Assembly: GCA_945870505.1 (NCBI GenBank)
Contig: CAMBSN010000002.1
Location: 10,366 to 74,365, forward strand
Reading direction: 5' to 3'
Length of the DNA stretch: 64,000 bases
Source: Candidatus Kuenenia stuttgartensis
Lineage (GTDB): Bacteria; Planctomycetota; Planctomycetia; Pirellulales; UBA1268
Shown here: in pieces, positions 1-9,830 of the stretch
Layout of the letters: the number at the start of each line of letters is the position of its first letter
How positions within the stretch are numbered: position 1 is the stretch's first letter
The notes under the pieces: generated by a model
What the model saw: the letters and a program-made list of their open reading frames with translations, nothing else
The model's database searches: none
Told to the model about the DNA's origin: nothing
Program-made: the position numbers and the translations under genes

Positions 1-204
1 GTCAACGAGCGACATCGACATCAGCGTGACGCGGTCGCGGATCCCGAGGCGTTCGAGGCCCGTGAACCGGCCCGCTTGCGCATCGCGGCTGGTACCGACC
101 ACGGTGTAGCCGAGGTCGACGAGATGCTTCGCGAGGTAGGCGCCATCCTGGCCGCCGATCCCGCAGATCAGCGCGGTGCGGTCGGTGGGATTGGGGGGTG
201 TCAT
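1..204 (-). CDS. gmd: GDP-mannose 4,6-dehydratase, N-terminal 68 codons (the gene runs off the left edge of the window)
   Basis: My own reverse-strand translation from the ATG at 204..202 gives MTPPNPTDRTALICGIGGQDGAYLAKHLVDLGYTVVGTSRDAQAGRF... The G-x-G-GQDG-x-YL-x(5)-GY-x-V-x-G N-terminus is the typical Gmd Rossmann signature. This ORF is not in the supplied ORF track. Confidence 0.75.
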   Translation of the reverse strand, partial: MTPPNPTDRTALICGIGGQDGAYLAKHLVDLGYTVVGTSRDAQAGRFTGLERLGIRDRVTLMSMSLVD

Positions 205-293
205 GGGCGGGGAGGGTAGCATCCCACCCCCCCCCGACGAAACGCCGCTTTCCCGCCGGGACAGTCGTCTTCTTCGGAGGAAAACCTGCCTGT

Positions 294-593
294 CCTGAGG
301 GCTCGGGGCTGCCAATGCCCCATCGCCGGACGTTCGCGTCGGGCATCCTGCCCGACGCTCACTGCATGTCCGCTGCGCTTCGCCATCCTGGCTACGCTTG
401 CTTCCATAGCCCGGCTCACGGGGCACGGGCAGCCCCTCGCTGCTCTCCCCCGTAGCACAGGTTGTCAACCTGTGTGTCTTCCTCTCGTAGCACAGGTTGT
501 CAACCTGTGTGTCTTCCCGGGTCGCATTGGGCTCGCATGTGATCCCGGCCGGCTGCGGTGGCCCTCCGACGCGCGAGGATCAAGTGCGACCCG
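294..593 (+). repeat. Family-A intergenic repeat, copy 1 (about 300 bp, with the hairpin core duplicated in tandem)
   Basis: Aligns by eye with 27286..27585 and 49212..49498. It has inverted arms ggggctgccaatgcccc (305..321) and ggggcacgggcagcccc (420..436). The core cgtagcacaggttgtcaacctgtgtgtcttcc occurs twice (451..482 and 486..517). Confidence 0.85.
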
Positions 594-595
594 TC

Positions 596-1561
596 TTAGC
601 GAGCGGCGAACCACTCGGCGGTGAGGGCGATGCCGTCGGCCAGCGGCACGGTGGGCTGCCAGCCGAGGACAGTCTTGGCGAGCGCCGCATCGACGAGGTT
701 GCTTCGCAGGTCACCGGGGCGGGCGGGGCCGTGGAGCGGAGCCGGCGCGGCGACCGTGCGGCCGCGGGCCTTGGCGGCCGCCGCGACGGCGGGGCGAATG
801 AGAGCCTCGAGTTCGACCACGTCGGTGCCGATTCCCGTGCCGATGTTGAGGCTCGTGAGCGTGCCGGGCTTGCAGCGGTCGGTCGCCAGGAGCGCCATCA
901 CGTTGGCCCGCGCCACGTCGGGGCCGTAGACGTAGTCGCGGATGTAGCGGCCGTCGCCGTTGATCGTGCCCGGTTCGCCGGCGAGCAGTTTCTTGCAGAA
1001 GATCGCCACCACGCCCGCCTCGCCGTGCGGGTTCTGCCGCGGGCCGTAGACGTTTGAGTAGCGCAGAGCCACCGCCGTGAGGCCATGCTCGGCGGCATAG
1101 AAAGAGAGGTAGCGCTCGCCGACCCACTTCGTGATCCCGTAGGGACTCACCGGGTTGGCCGGCGTCGATTCGGGGGCCGGCGCACTGACGTCGCCGTAGA
1201 GCACGCCGCCGCTCGATGCGAACACGACCCGCTTGCAGCCCCCCGCGACGGCGGCGTCGAGGACGTTGATCAGCCCGATGCAGTTGACCCGGGCGTCGAA
1301 GAGCGGCTCGCGGACCGAGCGGCTCACCGACATCTGGGCCGCCTGATGGCAGACCGCGTCGGGCTTCTCAACGGCGAACACGCGGCCCACCGCCTCCGGA
1401 TCGACGATGTCGGCCACGTGCAGCGGCACGCCGGGGGGCAGATTGTCGCGGGAGCCGCTGGAAAGGTCGTCGAGCACGGCGACCGCGTGCCCCTCGCGGA
1501 GAAGCGCGTCGACGATATGGCTGCCGATGAACCCGGCGCCGCCGGTGACCAGGATCTTCAT
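596..1561 (-). CDS. NAD-dependent epimerase/dehydratase (UDP-glucose 4-epimerase-like SDR)
   Basis: Contains MKILVTGGAGFIGSH (GxxGxxG), a YGITK catalytic Y-x3-K, and SNVYGPRQ. The start was chosen at MKILV (1561), not the upstream M of the 596..1630 ORF. It lies next to gmd. Confidence 0.85.
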   Translation of the reverse strand: MKILVTGGAGFIGSHIVDALLREGHAVAVLDDLSSGSRDNLPPGVPLHVADIVDPEAVGRVFAVEKPDAVCHQAAQMSVSRSVREPLFDARVNCIGLINVLDAAVAGGCKRVVFASSGGVLYGDVSAPAPESTPANPVSPYGITKWVGERYLSFYAAEHGLTAVALRYSNVYGPRQNPHGEAGVVAIFCKKLLAGEPGTINGDGRYIRDYVYGPDVARANVMALLATDRCKPGTLTSLNIGTGIGTDVVELEALIRPAVAAAAKARGRTVAAPAPLHGPARPGDLRSNLVDAALAKTVLGWQPTVPLADGIALTAEWFAAR

Positions 1562-1729
1562 GCGAGTCGTCTTCTCCTGCTTCAGTTCGCGGAAACGTGT
1601 CGGAAGCCGCCGCGCCGGCGGGGATAGCATACCCTTCGGTCCCGGCGGCGGCGGTTTTGAGCCATACTAATGCGGCTAGAGCGGTCTGGCCGGAAGAGGC
1701 CGGCCCCCCTTCCCATCCCGGAGTCCCGC

Positions 1730-2761
<1,032 letters not shown>

Positions 2762-2789
2762 GCGGACCGCGCCGCGCAGGGGCAGCCGC

Positions 2790-3701
2790 ATGTTCACCGA
2801 CCGACAGCCACGCTCGTTTCTCGACCCCGCCGTGCTCGCACGGCTGGCGGCGGTGCCGCTGCTCGCGCGGCGGCCGATGGTGGGCACCGTCTCCGGCCGC
2901 CATGCCAGCCCGCACCGCGGCTCGAGCGTGGAGTTCGCCGAGTATCGCAAGTACGTGCCCGGCGACGACCTCCGGCGGCTTGACTGGCGGGCCTTCGGCC
3001 GCTCCGACCGCCACTACGTGAAGGAATACGAGGCCGACACCAACCTCCGGCTCTGCCTCGTGCTCGACACCTCCGGCTCGATGGAGTTCACCTCCGGCGG
3101 CGTCACGAAGATCGAGTATGCGCGGCGGATCTGCGGGGCGCTCGGCTACCTGGCCAGCCAGCAGGGCGACGCGGTTGGCATCACCTGCGTGGCCGGCGGC
3201 ATCGTGCGGACGCTCCCACCGCGGCGAAGCCCGGCCCACCTGCGGCTGGTGTTCGACGTGCTCGAGGAGGCGAAGCCGGCCGGCCCCACGCGGCTTCCTG
3301 AGGTGCTCCACGAGATCGCCGAGACGACGCGGCAGCGGGCGGTGGTGGCGATCGTCTCGGATTTGTTCTGCGAGCCGGAGACCCTCGCGACCGCGTTCAG
3401 CCATCTCCGGTTCCGCCGTCACGACGTCGCCGCCTTCCACCTCCTCGATCCGCAGGAGCTCGCCTTCCAGTTCCAGCGGCCCACGCGGTTTCTCGACATG
3501 GAGGGGGGCGGGGCGATCTTCGCCGACCCCATCGACATCACTGACCGCTACCACCGGGCGATGGAGGACTATCTCGCCGACCTCCGCCGGGTCGTGCTCG
3601 AGTCGGCCGTCGATTACCACCGCGTGGTCACCGACCAGCCCTATGAGCAGGTGCTCGCGAGGTTCCTCGTGGGCCGGGCGGCCGGGAAGGGTCTGCGATG
3701 A
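2790..3701 (+). CDS. DUF58 family protein (vWA-like, MoxR partner)
   Basis: Contains EFAEYRKYVPGDDLRRLDWRAFGR (the DUF58 hallmark) and a MIDAS-like LVLDTSGSM. It directly follows the MoxR gene. Confidence 0.85.
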   Translation: MFTDRQPRSFLDPAVLARLAAVPLLARRPMVGTVSGRHASPHRGSSVEFAEYRKYVPGDDLRRLDWRAFGRSDRHYVKEYEADTNLRLCLVLDTSGSMEFTSGGVTKIEYARRICGALGYLASQQGDAVGITCVAGGIVRTLPPRRSPAHLRLVFDVLEEAKPAGPTRLPEVLHEIAETTRQRAVVAIVSDLFCEPETLATAFSHLRFRRHDVAAFHLLDPQELAFQFQRPTRFLDMEGGGAIFADPIDITDRYHRAMEDYLADLRRVVLESAVDYHRVVTDQPYEQVLARFLVGRAAGKGLR

Positions 3702-5704
3702 CGTTCCTCCAGCCATGGGTGCTCGTGGCGTTGCCACTGGTGGCGCTGCCGCTGATCATCCACCTCATCAACCAGCGGCGGTTCCAGACGGTGCGGTGGG
3801 CGGCGATGCAGTTTCTGCTCGCGGCCAAGGCGCTCTCGCGGGGCTATTCCAGACTTCGGCATTGGCTGATCATGGCACTGCGGATGGCGGCCGTGGCGGC
3901 GGTGATCCTCGCCGTCGGCCGGCCCCTCTCCCGCGGCTGGCTCGCCCTCGCCGGCGGCGGCAGGCCCGACTCGGCGATCGTGATCCTCGATCGCAGCCCG
4001 AGCATGCAGGCTGTCGCCACGGCCGGCGGCGAGTCGAAGCTCGACACCGGCCGCCGGCAACTTGCCGACTCGCTGGCCACGCTCCGCGCGGGAAGGGTGC
4101 TGGTACTGAGCGATCCCGCGAAGGGGCCGGAGGAGGTGGCGAGCCCCGCGGAGATCGTGGAACTCGTCTCGGCTGGGCCCGTTGCGGCGGCGTCCGACCT
4201 GCCGGCCCTGCTCCAGAGCGGCTACGACTTCATCCGCGAGAACGCCGCCGGCACGACCGAGCTGTGGATCTGCTCCGACCAGCGGGCCAACGACTGGAAG
4301 CCCGATGACGGCGCCTGGGGCGGGATCCGCGACGCCTTCGCGAAGCTGCCGCAGCAGGTCCGCGTGCAGCTGCTCTCCTACGCCGCTCCTGCCCCGGGCA
4401 ACGTGGCGGTCCGCGCGTCGAACGTGCGGCTCGAGACGGTCGGCCGCGATCGCCGGCTCGTGGTCACCGTTGCGGTGTCGCGGCAGGACGACGGCGGCCG
4501 GCTGACGCTGCCGGTGAAGTTCGAGATCGGTGGCATCTCGACCGCCGTGGACGTGGAACTCACCGGCCGCGAGGCGGTGCTCAAGAACCACGTCATCCCG
4601 CTCGAACGGTCTGCGGCCGCGCGGGGCTGGGGCAGGGTCTCGATTCCCGCCGATGCCAACCCGGCCGACAATGAGTTTTTCTTCGCCTACGACGCGCCGC
4701 CACCGCGGCGGTCGCTCGTGGTCGCAGAGGATCCGGCCGCCGGCCGCGTGCTCGAACTCGTTGCGGCCATCGCTCCCGACAAGGCGGCGGCGCTCGTGGA
4801 CCTCGTGCCGCCTGGCGGGCTCGCGGCGGCGGCCTGGGATGAGGCCGCGGCACTCTTCTGGCAGGGGCCGCTTCCGGAGGGCCGCGATGCGGAACTCGTG
4901 CAGGCGTTTCTCGGCCGCGGTGGTCAGGTCGTGTTCTTCGCGCCGGACCGGCCCGCCACGGCCGAGTTTGTTGGCTGCGCGTGGGGCGAATGGACGGCCC
5001 CCGCCAAGCCTGCGACGGCGGAATCGTGGCGGACCGATCAAGACCTGCTCGCCAACACGCTCGCGGGCTCGGCGCTGCCGCTGGGCGATGTGGAGATCCG
5101 CCGCTCGTGCGGGCTCTCCGGCGATCTCGTGCCGCTGGCATCGCTGCCGGGCGGCGCGCCGCTCGTGGCGCGGGCGAGCCGAGCTGAGGGCGTCACGTTC
5201 GTGGCCACCACGCCCGCCCCGCGCGACTCGTCGCTCGCCGCCGAAGGCGTCGTCCTCTATGCGCTCGTGCAGCGGGCCATCGACCGCGGCCTTACGGTGC
5301 TCGGCGGCGCCCGGCAGGCCGACGCCGGCACGGCCACCGCGGAGAACGCGCGGGCATGTGGCACCTGGACGCGGCAGGGCGGTGCGGCGGCATCCACCGA
5401 GGCGGGATTCCACGCGGGCGTGTTCGCCTGCGGTGATCGGCTCGTGGCCGTGAACCGGCCCGTGGCCGAGGACGCGGCCCTGCCGGTGGCTGACGAACGC
5501 ATCGACGCACTCTTTCGCGGGCTCTCCTTCCAGCGGATCACCGGCACCGCCGGCGACACCGACAGCATCGTGCAGGAGATCTGGCGGGCGTTCCTGATCG
5601 CGATGCTGCTCGCGCTCGTGGCCGAGGGCCTGCTCAGCCTGCCGCGGCCCGCCGCGGCCGATCGCGCCGCGAAGACCTCGCGGCCGCTGGAGGCCGCGGC
5701 ATGA
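3698..5704 (+). CDS. BatA-type N-terminal double-transmembrane domain protein
   Basis: The N-terminus MTFLQPWVLVALPLVALPLIIHLINQRR matches the BatA/aerotolerance N-terminal motif. A C-terminal TM segment is present. The start overlaps the DUF58 stop (ATGA). Confidence 0.75.
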   Translation: MTFLQPWVLVALPLVALPLIIHLINQRRFQTVRWAAMQFLLAAKALSRGYSRLRHWLIMALRMAAVAAVILAVGRPLSRGWLALAGGGRPDSAIVILDRSPSMQAVATAGGESKLDTGRRQLADSLATLRAGRVLVLSDPAKGPEEVASPAEIVELVSAGPVAAASDLPALLQSGYDFIRENAAGTTELWICSDQRANDWKPDDGAWGGIRDAFAKLPQQVRVQLLSYAAPAPGNVAVRASNVRLETVGRDRRLVVTVAVSRQDDGGRLTLPVKFEIGGISTAVDVELTGREAVLKNHVIPLERSAAARGWGRVSIPADANPADNEFFFAYDAPPPRRSLVVAEDPAAGRVLELVAAIAPDKAAALVDLVPPGGLAAAAWDEAAALFWQGPLPEGRDAELVQAFLGRGGQVVFFAPDRPATAEFVGCAWGEWTAPAKPATAESWRTDQDLLANTLAGSALPLGDVEIRRSCGLSGDLVPLASLPGGAPLVARASRAEGVTFVATTPAPRDSSLAAEGVVLYALVQRAIDRGLTVLGGARQADAGTATAENARACGTWTRQGGAAASTEAGFHAGVFACGDRLVAVNRPVAEDAALPVADERIDALFRGLSFQRITGTAGDTDSIVQEIWRAFLIAMLLALVAEGLLSLPRPAAADRAAKTSRPLEAAA

Positions 5705-7905
5705 GCGAGCAGGCGCTGCGGTTCTTCACGACACCCTGGACGATCGGCATCTCGATCGCGCTGGTGCTGGCGGTGGTGGTCGTGGCCTTCCTCACCTGGA
5801 AGCGGAGCGGCTTCGCTGTCGGGACCGGCTTCGTGGAACTCCTGCGCATCCTGATCGCGGGCCTCGTCGCCATGCTCCTCAATCAGCCGGAGTGGGTCGA
5901 GGAGTATCGGCCCGACGAGAAGCCGACGGTGGTCGTGCTTCACGACGCCTCGCGGAGCATGGATACGAAAGACGTGGTCGCGACCGACGGGAGCAATGCC
6001 GCCGGTCCGCGGACGCGACGCGAGGCGGTGGCGCCGCTCGCGGAGAGCAGTTTCTGGAAGCCGCTCGAGGAGCGGTTCCAGGTGGTCGTGGAGCCCATCT
6101 CGCCGGCGCCCCCGGGCACGGCCACCGACCTCGCCGAGCCGCTGGCGCAGGCGAGCGAGCGATTTGCCGCGCTCCGTGCGGTGGTGCTTGCCAGTGACGG
6201 CGACTGGAACAAGGGCCGCCCGCCGCTCGACGCAGCGCAGACGCTGAGGCTCGCGCAGGTGCCGGTCTATGCGGTGCCCACCGGCAGCCCTACGAAACTT
6301 CCCGACCTCGACCTCGCGAGCCTCGACTGCCCCACGATGGGCGTGGCGGGCAAGCCCGTTCGCGTGCCCTTCACCGTGGTGTCGTCGCTGCCGACCGAGC
6401 GGGTGGTGGTGGCGACGCTCGCGATGAGCACCGGTGAAAAGCTCGTGAAGGAAGTCCGCATCCCGCCGATGGCCACCGTCACCGACTGGATCTACTGGAC
6501 GCCCCCGGCGGTCGGTGACTACACGGTCACGCTCACCATCCCGGTCGAGCAGGGCGAGGTTCTCGCCGACAACAACGAGCGGACGGCGCCGATCGCGATC
6601 CGGCAGGAAAACCTTCGCGTGCTTGTCGTCGAGACGGTGCCGCGGTGGGAATACCGCTACCTCCGCAACGCACTCTCCCGCGATCCGGGCGTCGAAGTGT
6701 CGTGTCTGCTCTTTCAGCCAGGGCTCACCAAACGGGGCGGCGGCACCAAGGACTACATCCAGAAGTTCCCCTCGGGCCTCGATGAACTCTCGAAATACGA
6801 CGTCGTGTTTCTGGGCGACGTCGGCGTGGGCGAGGGCCAACTCACCGAGGAGGACTGCCGGCTCCTGAAGGGGCTCGTCGAGTATCAGGCGAGCGGACTG
6901 GTGTTCATGCCCGGCTGGCGGGGCGAGCAGGCGTCGCTTACGGGCACCGCGCTCGACGAGCTCTGCCCGGTGGTGATCGATCCGGCCCGACCCGACGGCA
7001 CCGCGAGCGACGGCCCGCGGCGGCTCGTGCTCACCGAGGCAGGCCGCAAGAGCCTGCTCACGAAGCTCGCCGACGGTGGCGCCGAAAACATGGCCGTCTG
7101 GGAGAGCCTGCCGGGCGGGCAGTGGTATGGCCCCGTGCTTCGGGCGAAGGCGGGCAGCGAAGTGCTCGCGGTCCACGAAGACGCCGCCAACGAATACGGT
7201 CGGATCCCCCTGCTCGTGACACGCACCTATGGCGCCGGCAAGGTGCTCTACATGGCGACCGACGGCGCCTGGCGGTGGCGCAAGGGCGTGGAGGACAAAT
7301 ACCACTACCGGTTCTGGGGGCAGGTGGTCCGCTGGATGGCCTACCGCCGCAACATGGCGAGAGGCGAGCGGATGAGCCTGTCGTTCGCACCGGAGCAACC
7401 ACAGCTCGGACAGACGATCGCGCTGGATGCCCGTGTGGCCGAGGCGAGCGGCGAGCCCCTTTCCCGTGGCGAGGTGACGGCGCGGATCACAGCGCCCTCT
7501 GGTGGCGTGGAGACGGTGCGGTTCTCGCCCCCCGGCGGCGACGGCGAGTGGGGTGTGTTTGCATCGACGTTCATGCCGACGGAGCCGGGCAAGCACGACC
7601 TTGTGCTCGCCTGCAAGGAGACGGGCGACACTCTCGAGGCATCGATGTTCGTGCAGGGCTCGGCCGAGGAGGGGATCGGCAAGGCCGCGCGGCCGGAGGT
7701 GCTCGCCGAGATCGCGCAGGTGACGCGGGGCAAGCTGGTGCGGCCGGACGAGATTGCAGGGCTCGTCGAGTCGCTCGCCGCCCTGCCCGACCCGCCGCCG
7801 GCGGTGCGGCGGCTGCAACTCTGGAGCCATCCGCTCGTCGCTGCGGGGCTCGTCACGCTCCTCGGCCTCTTCTGGATCGGCCGCAAGCGTCAGGGCCTCG
7901 TCTGA
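5701..7905 (+). CDS. Membrane protein with a vWA-like segment and a class-I glutamine-amidotransferase-like (DUF1355-like) segment
   Basis: It has two N-terminal TM helices and the vWA-like motifs VVVLHDASRSMD and VVLASDGDWNKG. The central PRWEYRYLRNAL...KYDVVFLGDVG...SGLVFMPG segment resembles the GATase1-like domain of Bat-cluster proteins. A C-terminal TM segment is present. The start overlaps the upstream stop as ATGA. Confidence 0.65.
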   Translation: MSEQALRFFTTPWTIGISIALVLAVVVVAFLTWKRSGFAVGTGFVELLRILIAGLVAMLLNQPEWVEEYRPDEKPTVVVLHDASRSMDTKDVVATDGSNAAGPRTRREAVAPLAESSFWKPLEERFQVVVEPISPAPPGTATDLAEPLAQASERFAALRAVVLASDGDWNKGRPPLDAAQTLRLAQVPVYAVPTGSPTKLPDLDLASLDCPTMGVAGKPVRVPFTVVSSLPTERVVVATLAMSTGEKLVKEVRIPPMATVTDWIYWTPPAVGDYTVTLTIPVEQGEVLADNNERTAPIAIRQENLRVLVVETVPRWEYRYLRNALSRDPGVEVSCLLFQPGLTKRGGGTKDYIQKFPSGLDELSKYDVVFLGDVGVGEGQLTEEDCRLLKGLVEYQASGLVFMPGWRGEQASLTGTALDELCPVVIDPARPDGTASDGPRRLVLTEAGRKSLLTKLADGGAENMAVWESLPGGQWYGPVLRAKAGSEVLAVHEDAANEYGRIPLLVTRTYGAGKVLYMATDGAWRWRKGVEDKYHYRFWGQVVRWMAYRRNMARGERMSLSFAPEQPQLGQTIALDARVAEASGEPLSRGEVTARITAPSGGVETVRFSPPGGDGEWGVFASTFMPTEPGKHDLVLACKETGDTLEASMFVQGSAEEGIGKAARPEVLAEIAQVTRGKLVRPDEIAGLVESLAALPDPPPAVRRLQLWSHPLVAAGLVTLLGLFWIGRKRQGLV

Positions 7906-7915
7906 TTCCCACTGC

Positions 7916-7947
7916 CACCCCCCGTAGCACAGGTTTTCAACCTGTGG
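7916..7947 (+). repeat. Solo copy of the family-A hairpin core, 11 nt after the stop of the 5701..7905 gene
   Basis: cccccgtagcacaggttttcaacctgtg; the 8-bp stem is cacaggtt/aacctgtg with a 3-nt loop. Confidence 0.7.
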
Positions 7948-8066
7948 AATCGCGGCCGGCGGGCCAGCGTGCGTGGAACACCCGTGGAGGACGCGATACG
8001 ATCGGCGTTCATTCGTCGCTGTGCCACTTGTGGGATCCGAGAGCTCGCGACGTGGAGACGACCGCC

Positions 8067-9323
8067 ATGCATCGTCCGTTCACGTGGAGCGTGCTCGTGG
8101 TGCTGGTCACGGCGTGCGCCGCCGCGGCCCGTGGGGATTGGCCGCACTGGCGGGGTGATGGCGGCAACGGCGTGTCGCTCACCGCGCGGCCGCCCGTGGC
8201 GTTCGGGCCCGACAAGCAGATGGCCTGGAGCGTCGAGATTCCCGGAAAGGGATCGTCGTCGCCAGTCGTCGTGGGCGACATGGTGTTCGTCACCACGGCC
8301 GTGCCGGTCGAGGCCGCGGCCGGGATGCTCGACTTCCGGCTCCTGTGCCTCGATCGCACGACGGGCCGCGACCGCTGGTCGCGGTCGGCCGTGAAGGCGG
8401 TGCCGCACGAGCGGACGCACGAGACCAATGGCTTCGCCTCCGCCTCACCCTGCACCGACGGCACGCGGGTGTATGCCCACTTCGGCTCCCGCGGGCTCCA
8501 CGCTTACACGGTCGACGGCACACACCTCTGGAGCCGCGACTTCGGCGACATGACTATTCGCAACGGCTTCGGCGAAGGCTCGTCGCCGACGATCGCCGGC
8601 GAGTTCGTGCTCGTACCCTGGGATCACGAACAGGGGTCGATGCTGTTCGCAGTGGACGGGAAGACCGGCGCCATCGTCTGGCAGACGCCGCGAGACGAGC
8701 CCACCTGCTGGGCGACGCCGCTGATCGTCGACGATCCGCAGGGCGTCCGTCAGGTGGTGATGAACGGGCAGCATGCGGCCCGTGGCTACGACCTCGCCAC
8801 CGGCAAGGAACTCTGGCGGTGTGGTGGCCAGGCCGAGCGGCCGGTCGCGTCGGCCGTGGCCGCCGACGGCGTCACGTACCTTGCGAGCGGCTTTCGCGGC
8901 GCGTTCCTCGGTGCCTTCGATCTGGCCGGCCGCGGCGACCTCACGGGCACCGCCCGCGTCCGCTGGAGCAAGGATCGCGACACGCCCGACATCGCCACGC
9001 CGCTGCTCTCCGAGGGCCGTCTCTCCTACTACAAGGAGAAGACCGGCTTGCTCACCTGCGTCGATGCCCGCACGGGCCGGCCGCACTTTGAGACGGTCCG
9101 GATTCCCGGCGTGGGCCGCACGTATGCCTCGCCCGTGGCCGCCGCCGGCCACGTCTACCTCACCGACCGCAGCGGTCGGATCACCGTGATTCGCGATGCT
9201 GACGCCCTCGAGGTCGTGGCGGAGAACGACGTCGGCGAGGGCGTCGATGCCACGCCGGCCCCCTCGGGCGATTCGCTCTTCGTCCGCGGCGAGCGGCGGT
9301 TGTTTCGCTTCGCCGCGCCCTAA
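8067..9323 (+). CDS. Secreted PQQ-like beta-propeller repeat protein (BamB-like fold)
   Basis: It has a signal peptide (MHRPFTWSVLVVLVTACAAAARG) followed by DWPHWRGDGGNG, and repeated G..LW motifs typical of PQQ-like propellers. The upstream part of ORF 7122..9323 overlaps the previous gene and the repeat and looks non-coding. Confidence 0.8.
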   Translation: MHRPFTWSVLVVLVTACAAAARGDWPHWRGDGGNGVSLTARPPVAFGPDKQMAWSVEIPGKGSSSPVVVGDMVFVTTAVPVEAAAGMLDFRLLCLDRTTGRDRWSRSAVKAVPHERTHETNGFASASPCTDGTRVYAHFGSRGLHAYTVDGTHLWSRDFGDMTIRNGFGEGSSPTIAGEFVLVPWDHEQGSMLFAVDGKTGAIVWQTPRDEPTCWATPLIVDDPQGVRQVVMNGQHAARGYDLATGKELWRCGGQAERPVASAVAADGVTYLASGFRGAFLGAFDLAGRGDLTGTARVRWSKDRDTPDIATPLLSEGRLSYYKEKTGLLTCVDARTGRPHFETVRIPGVGRTYASPVAAAGHVYLTDRSGRITVIRDADALEVVAENDVGEGVDATPAPSGDSLFVRGERRLFRFAAP

Positions 9324-9344
9324 CCCCGCCGCCTGGCCCCCGTC

Positions 9345-9386
9345 TTGACGGCTTGCGAGCGCAAGTGTATTAGTGTAGTAATACAC
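9345..9386 (+). promoter_or_regulatory. Candidate sigma70-like promoter with an overlapping operator palindrome upstream of the GntR gene
   Basis: TTGACG (9345..9350), N17, then TATTAG (9368..9373). There is a perfect 8-bp inverted repeat GTGTATTA-N6-TAATACAC (9365..9386) and a second palindrome CTTGCG-AG-CGCAAG (9352..9365). The patch is locally AT-rich within a GC-rich genome. Confidence 0.5.
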
Positions 9387-9416
9387 AAGATTTTGGCGCC
9401 TCCTAGCTTCGCGCGC

Positions 9417-9830
9417 ATGTCCCGTTCCGAGCCGCTCTTTATCGTTCACGCCTCGTCCGGGGTGCCGATCTACCGGCAGCTCGTCGATCAGGTGGAGGCG
9501 CTTGTGGCTGGCGGCCGGTTCCGGCCGGGCGACGTCGTGCCGAGCGTGCGGCAGGTGGCCGCAGCCTTGGGCGTCAACCCGATGACCGTGTCGAAGGCCT
9601 GGAGCCGACTCGAGGCCGACGGCGTGCTCGACCGCGATCGTGGCCGCGGCATGGTGGTGGCGGCGCGCCGCGAGGCCGTGTCGCTCGCCGACCGCCGCGC
9701 CGAAGCGCAGCCGCTCGTCGATCGCGCGGTCACCCACGCCCTCCACCTCGGTCTCGCGCCCGCGCAACTGCTGGCCATGGTACGGGAGTCCCTCAAGGAG
9801 CATCGGTCATGCATGATTCGCCCTTCGTGA
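9417..9830 (+). CDS. GntR-family transcriptional regulator (short, YtrA-like)
   Basis: Contains PIYRQLVDQVEALVAGGRFRPGDVVPSVRQVAAALGVNPMTVSKAWSRLEADGV, a GntR winged-HTH. It has only about 137 aa and a short C-terminal tail, as in the YtrA subfamily. It is followed by an ABC ATPase. Confidence 0.85.
   Translation: MSRSEPLFIVHASSGVPIYRQLVDQVEALVAGGRFRPGDVVPSVRQVAAALGVNPMTVSKAWSRLEADGVLDRDRGRGMVVAARREAVSLADRRAEAQPLVDRAVTHALHLGLAPAQLLAMVRESLKEHRSCMIRPS

Noticed and set aside
198-458. Short ORFs spanning the family-A repeats (for example 198..455, 201..458, 27274..27501, 27280..27756, 49074..49415, 49194..49430) containing STGFQPV or HRLKTCAT peptides
   Set aside because: They are translations of the conserved repeat in either orientation. 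The reading frames are not preserved between copies outside the core.
5257-7830. 857-aa ORF antisense to the 5701..7905 gene
   Set aside because: It is Arg/Gly/His/Pro-rich with no motifs. It lies exactly antisense to a gene that has clear vWA/GATase-like motifs. This is a typical stop-poor antisense frame in high-GC DNA.
7122-8066. N-terminal extension of ORF 7122..9323; likewise 34265..35107 for ORF 34265..36409 and 44721..45239 for ORF 43710..45239
   Set aside because: The extensions overlap well-supported upstream genes or repeats and are Arg-rich. Internal Met codons followed by signal peptides or the prepilin motif give sensible proteins.
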